A stretch of DNA of 64,000 nt from Corallochytrium limacisporum Hawaii (Eukaryota > Protista > Pluriformea): NCBI GenBank assembly GCA_002811645.1, contig PDIP01000029.1:32885-96884 (forward strand). Reading direction: 5' to 3'. Of this stretch, positions 42,901-53,577 are shown one piece after another. Each line of letters opens with the position of its first letter. Positions within the stretch are counted from its first letter, which is position 1. The position numbers and the translations under genes are program-made. The notes beneath the pieces are model-generated. The model made no database searches. It was not told the origin of the DNA and was given only the letters and a program-made list of their open reading frames with translations.

Positions 42901-45900
42901 GCACGCGCAAATTGGAGGCTTCAGTCCGCAGGTGCTGGAACAAATCGTAATGGACTCTGCTTTCTCTGCTGCATTTATTCAACATGTGTGGTGCATGACC
43001 CGGGAAGATCCGCGTGTTGGTGGAGAGTACATGCCAAAGCAGCGATCTAGTATGTCTTGGATTGAGGCCGTGATTCGCTTGCACGCCCACCTTGGTGTCT
43101 CAGGCCTACTGCTCACGGTAGCGTGGAATGCGAGACTCCCGCAGCTGTGTATTGTCGCGGCGGACGTGGAGGGTGCCCCGCTTTCCCACTGCTTCGACGT
43201 ATTTTTGAGACTGCTCTTAAGGAACCATTCGTCGAGTGGGGACACATTCTACACTAGCCTCCATGACTCGCAAATACTGGATTTGGAAACCAAAGCAACT
43301 CTTGAGAGCGCCTGGCCTGCAGGAGACTTTGATTTTGGAGCTTGGTACGAACCACTTCCTCTAGACAAGGCCAAAATCACAGATCTTATTAATCTCGCGA
43401 TCCAGCACCGCCGGGCCAAGACGTTGCGCGTGGCCTACCGAGTGTTTCGCCCCGAAGCCCCAGTTTTGTGTGTCGTTGAGATCCTATGCGCCGCGCAGAG
43501 CAGTGACGTTGACTTAGCAATTCATCTGGTAGATGAATTCGAAATGCACCATTTGTCAATGGCGGCGAGAGATATTGAGGAAGCAAGGAGACTCTGTTAC
43601 CATTATGCCGCTACGTGCGAAACAGTGAGCGAAATGATTGAATTTGCACAGGTCATAGGACGATCTCCGGGTTTGGATGTCAATGGAATCTACAAGCGAT
43701 TGGTGCAAATTGTTGACATCATGCGCGTGCATGCTGGTCACGCGAGCATTGATAAGGATTTGTGCCAGGCTGTTCTTGGACAGAATGCGTCAGGATTTAC
43801 TGACATTCTTTGCAGCCGAAATTTGCTTAACACGGGCGAGCAGGTCGTCGGACTGTGGCCGGAGGTGAACAAACCCCTACAGCTGGCCTTGGTGCTGCAT
43901 CGACACACGAAGCTGATTCAGACGACCACAGATACCATCCGCCTGGGTCACTGGTGGGTTACAGCATTTGACCTCTTGATGACCATGCCAGAACCGGTCA
44001 CAGTCACAGAGGCCGTAAGGCTGATCAATGCTGTACTTGCCCGGCGATCACTGGTTCCCCCCGCCGACAACAACAAAGATGACAGAGCCGCGGGTGTAGA
44101 CGTGAGCTTTCTTTCCATTCAGGAGTCTGAAACGGAGCCGAACTACTCCTCTGCTGAGAGCACACCGCGACAATTCGATATCACCATGGGACGTAGTATA
44201 GGCGGCCGCGTGACTTCGATTGCTAATGTTGACGGATGGCCAAGGTTCATGGATGTGAATCGCTGGGAGCGCATTAGTCTGCTCATGATCATGCGTGCAG
44301 TTGGAGGATTCGATGTCTTCATCGATCCCAAGTCAACTGTCGCGGCAGTGTTGGACCTACCGAGTGGAGCCACGCCTGCAGCTCTGTTCCTTCGTGAAAT
44401 TGTGACTGAGGCCAGTCTCGTTCACGAGCGAGTGTCCTCAGAATCATTGGCAGATATGGACAAGAAGTTGCATCGGATCATGGCTGCCTCCACGGGGGTT
44501 TGGTTGAGGGAACGAGTGCCAGAGACTTTACTCGATTGGTACGCCGAGTGGGCCGATGCGGGATGTGCAGCGAATCCTTGCCTGGACCGCAGCCGTGACC
44601 ATGATCCGTTCCTTCGTCAGCTACTTCGACATGGCCAGGTGGAAACGGTAGAGAAGGTTGCAAAGGTGATGAGAACAGATAGAATCGATGGTTTGTGGGT
44701 GGAATGGCGCAATGCAGTCTCCAGCGCGGCGGGGAATCCGCAGAAAATGTCTCATTCTGGGCCGCGATCCCCTCTGCCTTCGTCTTTGACGGCTCCTACG
44801 CCCCAAATGACTCTAATCGGTCTTATTGGGACCGCGAAAGAGAGGGATTATCGAGACGTTGCTCGCGACCTGAACAAGAAGACGGTGAGGCACAAATGGT
44901 TGGAACAGCTATTATATCACCAGACCAACGTTCGCGGCTGTCAGATTCTGAGCGCCCTGCAAGCCATCGATCCGGAAACCAATGCAGAGTTCCTGTCCCT
45001 CCTTGTGAACGAGGTACTCGAAGAGGTATCCAAGCTGGCAAGCGCTCTGGTGCCCTGGGAAAGGGAGGCCGAAAAGCCATGCTTGAAAACGATCAAAGCC
45101 ACATGGAGCAATTTGGTGCACTCGGTAATATGCTGTGAGGACGTTGGTCCCTTTGAACGAAAGTTTACCGCAGCTTTAGCGGACAGCGTTGGTAGTAGTG
45201 GGAATGTGTCGGTCGAAGCGAGTGCGGTCCACAGTCTTGTGGGCCTGAGTTTTCTGGCAATTTTGGATGTACAGTGTCCAGTCCTTTCCCAGTCGGTGCA
45301 TGAAAGAAATGCCAGGGCGGCGTTCAAAATTCTGATCGATGCCACATGGCTGAGTCAGATATTTGCATTTACCTCCCTTTTGCCACCTCACCACTGGATG
45401 CTCCGCACTCTGATGTCCATGCTCATTGTCCGCGGTAAATATCCTGATGTCATGGCTAGTGAATCTTTGCTGAGTGCTCAAGACGAAGTGCCAGCCACAT
45501 CGTCTTCGGATATGCTTGTGCAGGACAGTGGTGAGGATCGAGGGTCTGCGCAGGATCTTTACGCCAGTCTGGAGCAAACATTCCTACGCGAAAATCTCGC
45601 AGATGTACGCCCAAGCGCTCAGAAGGGGCCTTCGGCCTTTGCGGCGCTAGTCTACCAACAGACCGAAAACCGCAGGGCCCTCGGACTCCGGTTCTTGTAC
45701 CGCTGTCGTGAGTTGCTGGATTCCTATAACCGTGATGTTGGTCAGCGGGACATTTTCTTGTCCATAACCGGCGACAGTCCTAAGGAACAGAGCTCTGCCA
45801 CTTCGACGCCTGTACGACCGCTTTCAGTCTTTTCGGGCGAGAGTGCAGCACTCCTGCCTGAATGTGAATTGCTGTGTGATCAGCTGCTGGAGTGGACCAA

Positions 45901-46903
45901 GGAGGCGGAGCGTCTCTTTCTCCAGGCTGGATGCTATGCCCTGGCAGATCGCAGTCGACTGCTGTGCGACATGGCCATACTATTGTCTGGCCAACGTCGC
46001 AAGCTTTCTGCACAGACCGTGCGTCGGTTTTGGCAGCTTTCGCGAATTGAAGTCCGGGACCTTATGCGCTCAGTACCCACCTTTGCCAATGCGTATACTC
46101 TGAGTCGGTATTTTGGAGTGACCACGGACCGCGACTGGGCAGTGATCATTTACGAGCGGTGCATTGCCGGGAACGATCCACGATTCTGGCAGGACTACCT
46201 GACCTGGAATCGGAACAATGCATCCTCTCTGTCCGGAGAATTGGTTGGGCAGATCAAAGCGCATGGCTCCCTAAGCGCCCGCTCCGCTCGAACCGCACGG
46301 AAGCACCAGGCAAAGTTAGTGGCTCTGTACGGCCACGATAAGATTGTCCAAATGCAGCTCATGGAACTCCTCGGCATTGAAGACTTTGACAGTCTGTCCA
46401 CGGCCACTCCACGGCCGGCAAGTGGCAGTGCGTCATCCACACCCCCGGGGGCGCGCAGTCGGAGCAACACTCTGCAGGGTCGGCTGCTAGCGTCCTACCT
46501 CTTTGGCTCAGCGAATAGTTTGGCAAGCGAAACGGGCAGCGCGGGTCCGACTTCCGCCCCGTTGGGTGTCACCATGCCTCCAGGTTCCTTCTCCCCATTA
46601 TCGGAGCAAGTGGCTCCGCAGCCAAATGGCAATGCGTCCGCTTCCGGGACGTCATCGCCGCTCCGAAGCACGGCGGATTTGGGGGATCCGAATACTTCAC
46701 ACCCAGCCCCGCGCGGCCCACTAGCATTCTCGGATACCTCTATGGGCGGGAACAGTAACGTGGGCCCACCCCCGCAGTCGCAGCCATACTCTCGCTGGCG
46801 CCAAACCTGCCATTCCCTTGTACACTACGACATTGCCAAGCTCGGGCTGGATCCCACCCCAGACCATATACACCCTATCTCCACCTCTCCGTCAGCAGAC
46901 TGA
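39908..46903 (+). CDS. SPG11: Spatacsin (AP-5 accessory protein), divergent
   Basis: 2331-aa single-exon, helical-solenoid-like ORF with spatacsin-like blocks LDFLYFIHNGQP, GDVPGFLLHAQIGGFSP, AERLFLQAGC and the C-terminal PTFANAYTLSRYF..DWAVIIYERCI..F..DY. Confidence 0.72.
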   Translation: MSKSRWKLELQRIALRESGTVGQKALRAVESRDADALVSIFRSLTSAQSPWVYILVVCSLEKDMRHPRTWRRVTLQEIQMAQIYYVVVWYGATLAVQSMEWSRSTFGSRRGRKNTGRTSEMKEFERYGFSCLYHRIDYLQGLRKIIRIAKEICIHAAEESTEQNVDSVAPEERLNDTEDISRVSGHSGVSEFQTKSGEDDTSSLASASVSAATSLASRIFPHVTALRGRWMFYRNADLATATEIHVYEAVIFCSYRLIDEFLHRNTDLTIRPILVVEEAFFKTTTMLTRMMALIACLSEHIDVGIELLDFMGMDVGSELRDMAIHTLSYNSRQRLLQILVRRSDLGMVDITALQEGKKAREYLETHSIRSDLVTFRHADDYGAFAWVLQGNIVITNADLTRNQSPADFSALASQPLLYALWRRFLNAATTHTQPRLDTTTDILRRRLTRGGQRQGSGRPDWHFVTTFDWELRWNLTDWALVSAELTAMADVDNENASEGWEGNRRDVNAILYALHGHSANLRRWINRYHTSRWRDTLVVLQLARGDIFMLSTQETLSNIFSDLGYIIIPDRIVGKSAKIAQWYFHWFGKKAFSTLLDNASPELPARDSNVKRIDDLSSDLLAYLARHDLWRPAQILCFHLHVDHPSSGDSMVQNTLSSFSNAWLDSVFNAYRLAYQIGNPVVEFRAAIVNGLRLRSSGKKELTRKDLVRLCQDLQEPFTHIMLLYCDSVLGTVSEEEAEGLLVLVDLAEYPLANGLLYKTPQSTATVTDLLDRAGYSAITASFKQLMKSVNKNSTTPYASFSRQVREENLDAVSWNAVGLDFLYFIHNGQPTVAALQYLDKALQDQISTNKAHQGVLRSLLSQICTESELNLRKVTASAIIAGYIGCFLNQNAHLCMQLAYCLRLAAYFEGPELLDYIWTILNALENPNRHDQAFLTALMNPLEKAFFQQVHSPFMSRSVVITFANIVTYLQERFRLTKNPVLLTAMANKGDVPGFLLHAQIGGFSPQVLEQIVMDSAFSAAFIQHVWCMTREDPRVGGEYMPKQRSSMSWIEAVIRLHAHLGVSGLLLTVAWNARLPQLCIVAADVEGAPLSHCFDVFLRLLLRNHSSSGDTFYTSLHDSQILDLETKATLESAWPAGDFDFGAWYEPLPLDKAKITDLINLAIQHRRAKTLRVAYRVFRPEAPVLCVVEILCAAQSSDVDLAIHLVDEFEMHHLSMAARDIEEARRLCYHYAATCETVSEMIEFAQVIGRSPGLDVNGIYKRLVQIVDIMRVHAGHASIDKDLCQAVLGQNASGFTDILCSRNLLNTGEQVVGLWPEVNKPLQLALVLHRHTKLIQTTTDTIRLGHWWVTAFDLLMTMPEPVTVTEAVRLINAVLARRSLVPPADNNKDDRAAGVDVSFLSIQESETEPNYSSAESTPRQFDITMGRSIGGRVTSIANVDGWPRFMDVNRWERISLLMIMRAVGGFDVFIDPKSTVAAVLDLPSGATPAALFLREIVTEASLVHERVSSESLADMDKKLHRIMAASTGVWLRERVPETLLDWYAEWADAGCAANPCLDRSRDHDPFLRQLLRHGQVETVEKVAKVMRTDRIDGLWVEWRNAVSSAAGNPQKMSHSGPRSPLPSSLTAPTPQMTLIGLIGTAKERDYRDVARDLNKKTVRHKWLEQLLYHQTNVRGCQILSALQAIDPETNAEFLSLLVNEVLEEVSKLASALVPWEREAEKPCLKTIKATWSNLVHSVICCEDVGPFERKFTAALADSVGSSGNVSVEASAVHSLVGLSFLAILDVQCPVLSQSVHERNARAAFKILIDATWLSQIFAFTSLLPPHHWMLRTLMSMLIVRGKYPDVMASESLLSAQDEVPATSSSDMLVQDSGEDRGSAQDLYASLEQTFLRENLADVRPSAQKGPSAFAALVYQQTENRRALGLRFLYRCRELLDSYNRDVGQRDIFLSITGDSPKEQSSATSTPVRPLSVFSGESAALLPECELLCDQLLEWTKEAERLFLQAGCYALADRSRLLCDMAILLSGQRRKLSAQTVRRFWQLSRIEVRDLMRSVPTFANAYTLSRYFGVTTDRDWAVIIYERCIAGNDPRFWQDYLTWNRNNASSLSGELVGQIKAHGSLSARSARTARKHQAKLVALYGHDKIVQMQLMELLGIEDFDSLSTATPRPASGSASSTPPGARSRSNTLQGRLLASYLFGSANSLASETGSAGPTSAPLGVTMPPGSFSPLSEQVAPQPNGNASASGTSSPLRSTADLGDPNTSHPAPRGPLAFSDTSMGGNSNVGPPPQSQPYSRWRQTCHSLVHYDIAKLGLDPTPDHIHPISTSPSAD

Positions 46904-46995
46904 CGGATGTAAATACACTAGTCGGTCGAAGAATATTATGTACAATATGTAGGTGTTGGTGTTTTATTTTACATGTCCATTTTGGGTTTCCCTGG

Positions 46996-47811
46996 TCAGA
47001 AATCATCGTAATAGTCAATGTGCTCTCCACTGACGTAGTCCGTGTCCAATAGTTTCAGCAGTCGATCCGCAGATGTGAGGCACTTAATCAGCTTGCCCTG
47101 CGCGTGCATCTCTTTGTATTGGTTCCGCATGACGTCGTACTTCAACTTTGTGCGAACTTCTAGTTGCATACTCGTGTCCAGCGGTCCCGGTGCGTAGTTG
47201 AGAGTCTTGAGGGTGGCCTTGTTGCCCGTTGCTTTCTGGTATTCTTCTAATTCTCGGCTCAGTACCTTAAGGAGCATGTCTCGGCCCGCCTTGATGGCAC
47301 AATAGAGTCCCCACCCAGGGAACTCCGCTACCGCACACAGGGAGCTCACGTTAACAATATCCATCTGCTTCGAGACCCGGCTCCGGAACTGCTCAACGAA
47401 CAGCTTGGTGAGGAATGTGAATGACGAAAAGTTGAGGTCGAGATACCCACGAATCAGTTCCAGGTCATACTCGTCGATCGACTTGCTCAGGTCTCCCAAT
47501 GAACCAGCGACTTGGAACAGATAAGCAGACTCTGGGTTTTCCGGAATATCTTTCGTCAACAACGTCTTCATACCGGGCGCGTATTCATCAGGGTTATTCA
47601 TGTCAATGCCTAATGTGTAGACCTTTGCATCTGGGATGACTCCCAAAACCAAGTCCTTGGTTTGCTTGAGACCATCTTCCGATCGTGCGGTCAGACGGAA
47701 CATGACCTTGGATCCGGTGATCCCTCTTTCCCTGAACTGTGCGGCCAATGCACAGGAAAGGGCCTGTCCGAAGCCCTGTGACGCGCCGGTGACCACCACA
47801 ACCGTTGCCAT
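46996..47811 (-). CDS. SPR: Sepiapterin reductase-like SDR, copy 1 (canonical motifs)
   Basis: TGASQGFG, ARS, AGSLG, NVSSL, YCAIK, LNYAPGPLDTSMQ, C-terminal SGEHIDYYD. Confidence 0.92.
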   Translation of the reverse strand: MATVVVVTGASQGFGQALSCALAAQFRERGITGSKVMFRLTARSEDGLKQTKDLVLGVIPDAKVYTLGIDMNNPDEYAPGMKTLLTKDIPENPESAYLFQVAGSLGDLSKSIDEYDLELIRGYLDLNFSSFTFLTKLFVEQFRSRVSKQMDIVNVSSLCAVAEFPGWGLYCAIKAGRDMLLKVLSRELEEYQKATGNKATLKTLNYAPGPLDTSMQLEVRTKLKYDVMRNQYKEMHAQGKLIKCLTSADRLLKLLDTDYVSGEHIDYYDDF

Positions 47812-50045
47812 AATTACTATATACCAGATTGAAACGTATAGTATTTTGTAGAGTTGTAGTCAGTTCATTCAGTCCAGCTCGCAGAGTCCCTTTAATACGC
47901 CCAACGTTGATCAACGAGCACTACACATACATAAACATAGACAAACACACCACACACACAGCATAACCCGGGCACCGATGGACCCATTCGGCCAGGACAA
48001 TTCTCAGTAGCTCCCTCAGGGGTTTTACGTATGCAACGTGAGTTACAGCGGAAAATCCACCATCTTTCCTGGAGGGTAGGAGAAGGCCGCCACGGCACCC
48101 ACGGGTTCCAAACAGCCGGCCGCTTCGAGCCCGAGTAGTTTCCCTACCTTAAGTCCTTTTTTGCTGCACACCGAGTTTCTTATGACACGTTAATGCTTAG
48201 TGTATTGCAATTTCTCGATGGATATGCGCGCAAACCAAACCCCCCCCCCTTTCTCTTGCGGCGTTTTTTAACGAATGCTGCTGCGCGCTAATGCGTGTGC
48301 CGGTTGCCGTATTATGTGATAAAGGGGGGGGGGCCGGCCATGCACACACAACGCCCCGCGCTAGTCTTCGCTCGGCACCTGAAGGCAGAGAGCAAAGAGA
48401 GAGAGAGAGTGTGTGTGTGTGTGGGCGCCCGCGTGTGCAGCGGTGGGTTTGCCCCCCCCCCTCTCCCTTCTTTCTGTATATCTCAAGTTTTTTTCCCGGG
48501 CGGGTCACTGCTGGGCCCATATAAAACAGAAATACCAAAGTAGTAAAAGGGGAGGAGGAGGGGGGGGGAGGGCGCTCTCTTGTGTGTCTGTTAACCCCCT
48601 CCGGGCGCATTCCAAAGTCAGGGAGGGGCCCACCTGATGCACACCGATCCGTACGGGCCCACCATAAAAAAAATTGACACAAGAAAAAAGTAATGTGTTT
48701 TAGTAGTGTTACCACCATACGCATATAACCGGAGGGTCTCCACCGGAGAGCGGTGAGAGGAGGAGGAGGAGGAGGGAGGGGGGGGTGACTTCACATGGTA
48801 TTAAAAGAACGAACGACGGTATGCACACAATGTATTTTTTTTCTCTTCTTTTTTTTGCCCTTGCATCATCAAGTGGGAGTCCGTTTAATACGAATTCCAA
48901 GGGAAGGGGGGGGGGTTGTTGCCGTAGTAGTACTCAGCGGTGAAAAAGCGGGGAGAAAAAAAAATACAAAGGAATCTTAAGTTCAGGACGGGTGGTTGTA
49001 AAAGGACGGTACTCACAACACCAAGAAAGTATGGACACTATTGTACCAAGCGGTGCGTCTACTACCAACGAAACTCACACAGTGCTCACGTAGGGAAACC
49101 CACCGGGAGGTGGGCTGTGCGGGCCAAATACAACCTCGGGTTGCCAGCGAGTACAAAGGCTGTTGCTGCAAATTCTCGCCTGATATACGGGACGGGTCCG
49201 GAGATAAGGAGACAACAAAGGCTACCCATCCGCAGTTCAGTATTTATCCACGCCTTAATGAACAACTTTTTTCTTCCTTTTCCGTTTTTCTCCCAATCGC
49301 GCGGGGTGTGTGTGTATGTGTGTGCAGTTTATAAGGCGACTGACCGGAGAAAGGGCAAAGGGAATCCTCACACTTGGGCCATGGAAACGTCAGCAAAGAT
49401 GGCGCGGAGCAGCGCGTGGTTATTTAGTCGCGATCGATCATTAGGGAAATCGGGAGCGGGAGTCAGGGTGTGTGCAAGGCGGAGAAACTCCGCGGTGGTG
49501 GTGGGCAATGGAAATGCAAAGGGGTCAGGGAGAGGAGGGGAGGCCTATTGGAACCCTCCCCGGCCCCCCCCCCCGCCGGGGGGGGCTTCCTTTTCTTCTG
49601 CGGTGGTGGGTATTCGCAATATTGCCTTAGACGCGGTTTGTGTATTTTAAGAGTTTTGTATTAGATACGGTTCCATTCGAGTGCTGGTGGCCTTTGACCT
49701 GCCTGGCAGGAGAGTTGTGAGTTGGGGAAGTGTGAGGTTGGGGGCTGACTTTGATTTTGGGTGAGCGAGTTTGGACCCTGGCGGCCTCACGGGGTCAACG
49801 AGACGTGAGGCATCGGGTGGGCACCTTGACGTCGGGTGACGGACAACTTACCCAAATACCCACAGTGTGACCATCATGCAGCAAAGGAACCCACCATGTG
49901 CCGTTCTCCAACAAAACGGTCATTGCTAATGCCACTCGTTCCCTATGTTATTCACCGTGAGTGCTGATCAAAACGTTTTGCCCGTATTACAATGGACCAC
50001 AATGTGAAAACGCCGAGGGGGTGACGCAAATAGTGGATTCCCGTT

Positions 50046-50861
50046 TCAGAAATCATCGTAAAAGTCAACGTGTGATCCACTATCATAGTCCGTGTCCATC
50101 AGCTTCAGTAGTCGATCTGCAGAAGTGAGGCACTTGATCAGCTTGCCCTCGGCGTGCATCTGTTCGTATTGGTTGCGTAAGGCGTCGTACTTCAGCCTTG
50201 CTCGGACTTCAAACTGTATAGTGGAGTCAAGTGGTCCTGGTGCGTAGTTGAGGGTCTTGAGGGAGGCCTTGCAGCCTGTCTCCTTCTTGTATTCCTCAAT
50301 TTCTCGACTCAGGACCCTTATGAGCATGTCTCGTCCCGCCTTGATCGCACAGAAGAGTCCCCACCCAGGGAACTCTGCTACCGCACACATAGAGCTCAAG
50401 TTGACAACCTGCATTTCCTTCGCAACCCGGCTCCGGAACTGCTGAACGAACAGCTTGGTGAGGAATGCAAAGGATGAAAAATTGAGATCGAGATACCCAC
50501 GAATCATTTCCAGATCATATTCATCAATTGACTTGCTCAAATCTCCCACTGAGCTGGCGAAATTGAACAGGTGAGCAAACTTTATGTCTTTCGGCATGTC
50601 ATCCGTCAACAGCTTCTTCAAGCCTGGTCCATATTGCTCAGGTTGGTTCATGTCAATGCATATTGTGTAGACCCTTGCGTCTGGGATCACTCCCAAGACC
50701 AAGTCCTTGGTTTCTTGGAGACCATCTTGCAAGCGCGCCGTCAAACGGAACACGGCTTTGGCTCCAGTGATGCCTCTTTCCTTGAACTGTGCGGCCACGG
50801 CACAGGTGATGGCCTGGCCGAAGCCCTGTGAGGCGCCAGTAACCACCACAACCCCTGCCAT
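50046..50861 (-). CDS. SPR: Sepiapterin reductase-like SDR, copy 2 (catalytic Tyr replaced by Phe)
   Basis: 271-aa intact paralogue; FCAIK in place of YCAIK; SGSHVDFYD C-terminus. Confidence 0.88.
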   Translation of the reverse strand: MAGVVVVTGASQGFGQAITCAVAAQFKERGITGAKAVFRLTARLQDGLQETKDLVLGVIPDARVYTICIDMNQPEQYGPGLKKLLTDDMPKDIKFAHLFNFASSVGDLSKSIDEYDLEMIRGYLDLNFSSFAFLTKLFVQQFRSRVAKEMQVVNLSSMCAVAEFPGWGLFCAIKAGRDMLIRVLSREIEEYKKETGCKASLKTLNYAPGPLDSTIQFEVRARLKYDALRNQYEQMHAEGKLIKCLTSADRLLKLMDTDYDSGSHVDFYDDF

Positions 50862-52386
50862 TGTTAGTGTACGCCTGGTTATATGGTCGCACTTGTTGTT
50901 TGCAGGGCCATTAAAGGCATATACTGTCCACCTGGCTTTCCCGTAAATAGATTCAGGTCAAACACGTGAGCAATACACATACGCACAATCCGGCCCCACA
51001 CGCACCAGCTTCACTGTCCTGTAGCGCACGGCCCCCTCCGGACACGGGGCATTCAATGTACGCGCTGCTTGCAGAATCTTACGTTTCTTACCACCTAGAG
51101 TTTACCATTTTTTCAGTGAAGGATAAGAGCGGCTGGCACGGCGATACACTCGCACCCTCTATGTTGCGCGAAAGCTGTCCATGCTCCTCCACTAAGCTCT
51201 TCAGCTTGTGAGATACTGACCATCAATGTTCAATTCCGTCCTTCCTTATCCCTAGGAGCTGCCTCGCACGAGATAATATGACCCCCGCTGCACAAGTTGG
51301 TGGGTAGCGGTGCTAAGTCATCTACTTCGTATTCCTAGGCCAGCCATCGACTGCGTGTCCTTGGCGGGACATTTTCAACCCCCTCCCGTGAGCGATTGGA
51401 CCTACTGTAGAGCACAGAGAGTGAGTGTGTGTTTTGTTTATATCCACTCCAATACACAACCGCCCCCGCAAGGGGTCCGGGAAAGAGAACAACAGGCAGA
51501 ATATCCAGGGGTGCACACATTGGTGGCGGTTGGTGTAGGGGATCGCTGCACAACATTGCGCTGCCGAGTATGTTTGCTTTGTGTGTTATCATCTCAAGTG
51601 GGAGTCCGCTTAATACGAATCCGAGTGGGTACGGCAAGCGATATGGACAGTCTTGCAGTTGCAAAGTCCACATAGTAATATAACCAAGAAAGTATTGGCC
51701 ATTACTACTAATGCGAATGGCGCGTTGCTACTGACCAGCAACCCACAAAATACTCTTCCGGCAGGTGACACAATTCGCTCCAGGACTGTGGATAACTTCC
51801 GGGACGGTCAAGTCATCGAGAAAATACCACAGGCCAACAACCCGCAGTTCAGTATCTCCTGCCTTAATGATTTTTTTCTTCATCGGAGCTGGAGCCACTG
51901 ACAAGCCCCCGCCACTTGAGCCATGGGAAGTCAGCAAAGACTTGGTGTGATCGATATTTGTGAACGGGAGAGGGAGATCAGCAGGCTGAAGAAAAACCGG
52001 CGGCTCACCCGCCCTCTCTCTTGGGTGCACGCCTCCTCGTTGACATTTGCACAAGGAAATAGCACATATTCCCGTTGGTTCGTAACTGCACTGCTGAATA
52101 ATACAGTTTTGTATTAGATCCTCGAAGTGGGTGGAAACTCGCCCGAAGTCGCTTGGGGGAGGAAGTCATTTCGTTCGTTTTCGCGTGCGCAAGTGCGAGC
52201 GAAAGGGGGGGGAAGGGGGGTTTTTACAACAAGATTGCAAGTAGGAAAGATGTGGCCCCGAGTTGGCAGCACCCGATCCACCACGTTTCTGTTGACAGAC
52301 TGTAGGAAGTTCAACATTCTGATCCGATATTTACATAAAATTTATTGTTCTTGGTTCATCTTACACGATTTCATTGGATTTCCTTC

Positions 52387-53190
52387 TCAGAACTCATCGT
52401 AATAGTCAATGTGTAATCCACTGGTGTAGTCTGTATCCATGAGTTTCAGCAGCCGATCTGCAGATGTGAGGCACTTGATCACGTGGATGTCTTTGAACTG
52501 GTTCCGCATGATCTCATACTTTAGATTTGTATAGGTTGTAACGTGCGGACTAGTTTCAAGCGGTCCCGATGCGTAGTTGAGGGTCTTGAGGACGGCCATG
52601 TTGCCAGTCTCCAATTTGTATTCCTCTAATTCTCGGTTCAGCACCTTGAGGAACATATCCCGTGATGCCTTGATGGCACAATACAGTCCATACCCAGGGA
52701 ACTCCGCTACTGCGCATATGGAGCTCAAGTTGACAATATGCATCTGCCTCGAGACCCGGCTCCGGAACTGCTCAACGAACAGCTTGGTGAGGAATGTGAA
52801 CGATGAAAAGTTGAGGTCGAGATACCCACGAATCAGTTCCAGGTCATACTCGTCGATCGACTTGCTCAGATCCCCCACTGAACTATCAAAATTGAACAGA
52901 TAGGCAGATCCTATGTGCCCCAGAACACCATCCGTCAACAGCTGTTTTAAACCGGGTTCGTACTCACCAGGGTTGTTCAAGTCAATGCATTTTGTGTAGA
53001 CGCTGGCGTCTGGGATCATTCTCAAAACCAAGTCCTTGGTTTGCTTGAGTCCATCTTCCGATTGTGCGGTCAGACGGAATATGACCCTGAATCCAGTGCT
53101 GCCTCTTGCTCTGAACTGCGCGGCCATGGCACAGGCTATCGCCTGTCCGAAGCCCTGTCCAGCGCCGGTGACCACCACAATCGCTGCCAT
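52387..53190 (-). CDS. SPR: Sepiapterin reductase-like SDR, copy 3
   Basis: ATG at 53190 aligns with the paralogue starts; 267 aa with a 4-aa in-frame deletion; YCAIK; NYASGPLETSPH. Confidence 0.88.
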   Translation of the reverse strand: MAAIVVVTGAGQGFGQAIACAMAAQFRARGSTGFRVIFRLTAQSEDGLKQTKDLVLRMIPDASVYTKCIDLNNPGEYEPGLKQLLTDGVLGHIGSAYLFNFDSSVGDLSKSIDEYDLELIRGYLDLNFSSFTFLTKLFVEQFRSRVSRQMHIVNLSSICAVAEFPGYGLYCAIKASRDMFLKVLNRELEEYKLETGNMAVLKTLNYASGPLETSPHVTTYTNLKYEIMRNQFKDIHVIKCLTSADRLLKLMDTDYTSGLHIDYYDEF

Positions 53191-53350
53191 TGCCAATAAC
53201 AAACTAGTGCTAATGTACTGATTTACAGCAGAGCCATTGACAGGGCACACAATCTAGTTGGTACTCCCTTAAATACGCCCAGGGTAATGCACACATGCTC
53301 ATGCACCACTTTCCTCCGCAAACACACTGAACCCCCCACCCACCTCTCCC

Positions 53351-53577
53351 NNNNNNNNNNNNNNNNNNNNNNNNNNNNNNNNNNNNNNNNNNNNNNNNNN
53401 NNNNNNNNNNNNNNNNNNNNNNNNNNNNNNNNNNNNNNNNNNNNNNNNNNNNNNNNNNNNNNNNNNNNNNNNNNNNNNNNNNNNNNNNNNNNNNNNNNNN
53501 NNNNNNNNNNNNNNNNNNNNNNNNNNNNNNNNNNNNNNNNNNNNNNNNNNNNNNNNNNNNNNNNNNNNNNNNNNNNN
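53351..53577. other. Assembly gap (N run)
   Basis: 227 N. Confidence 1.
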
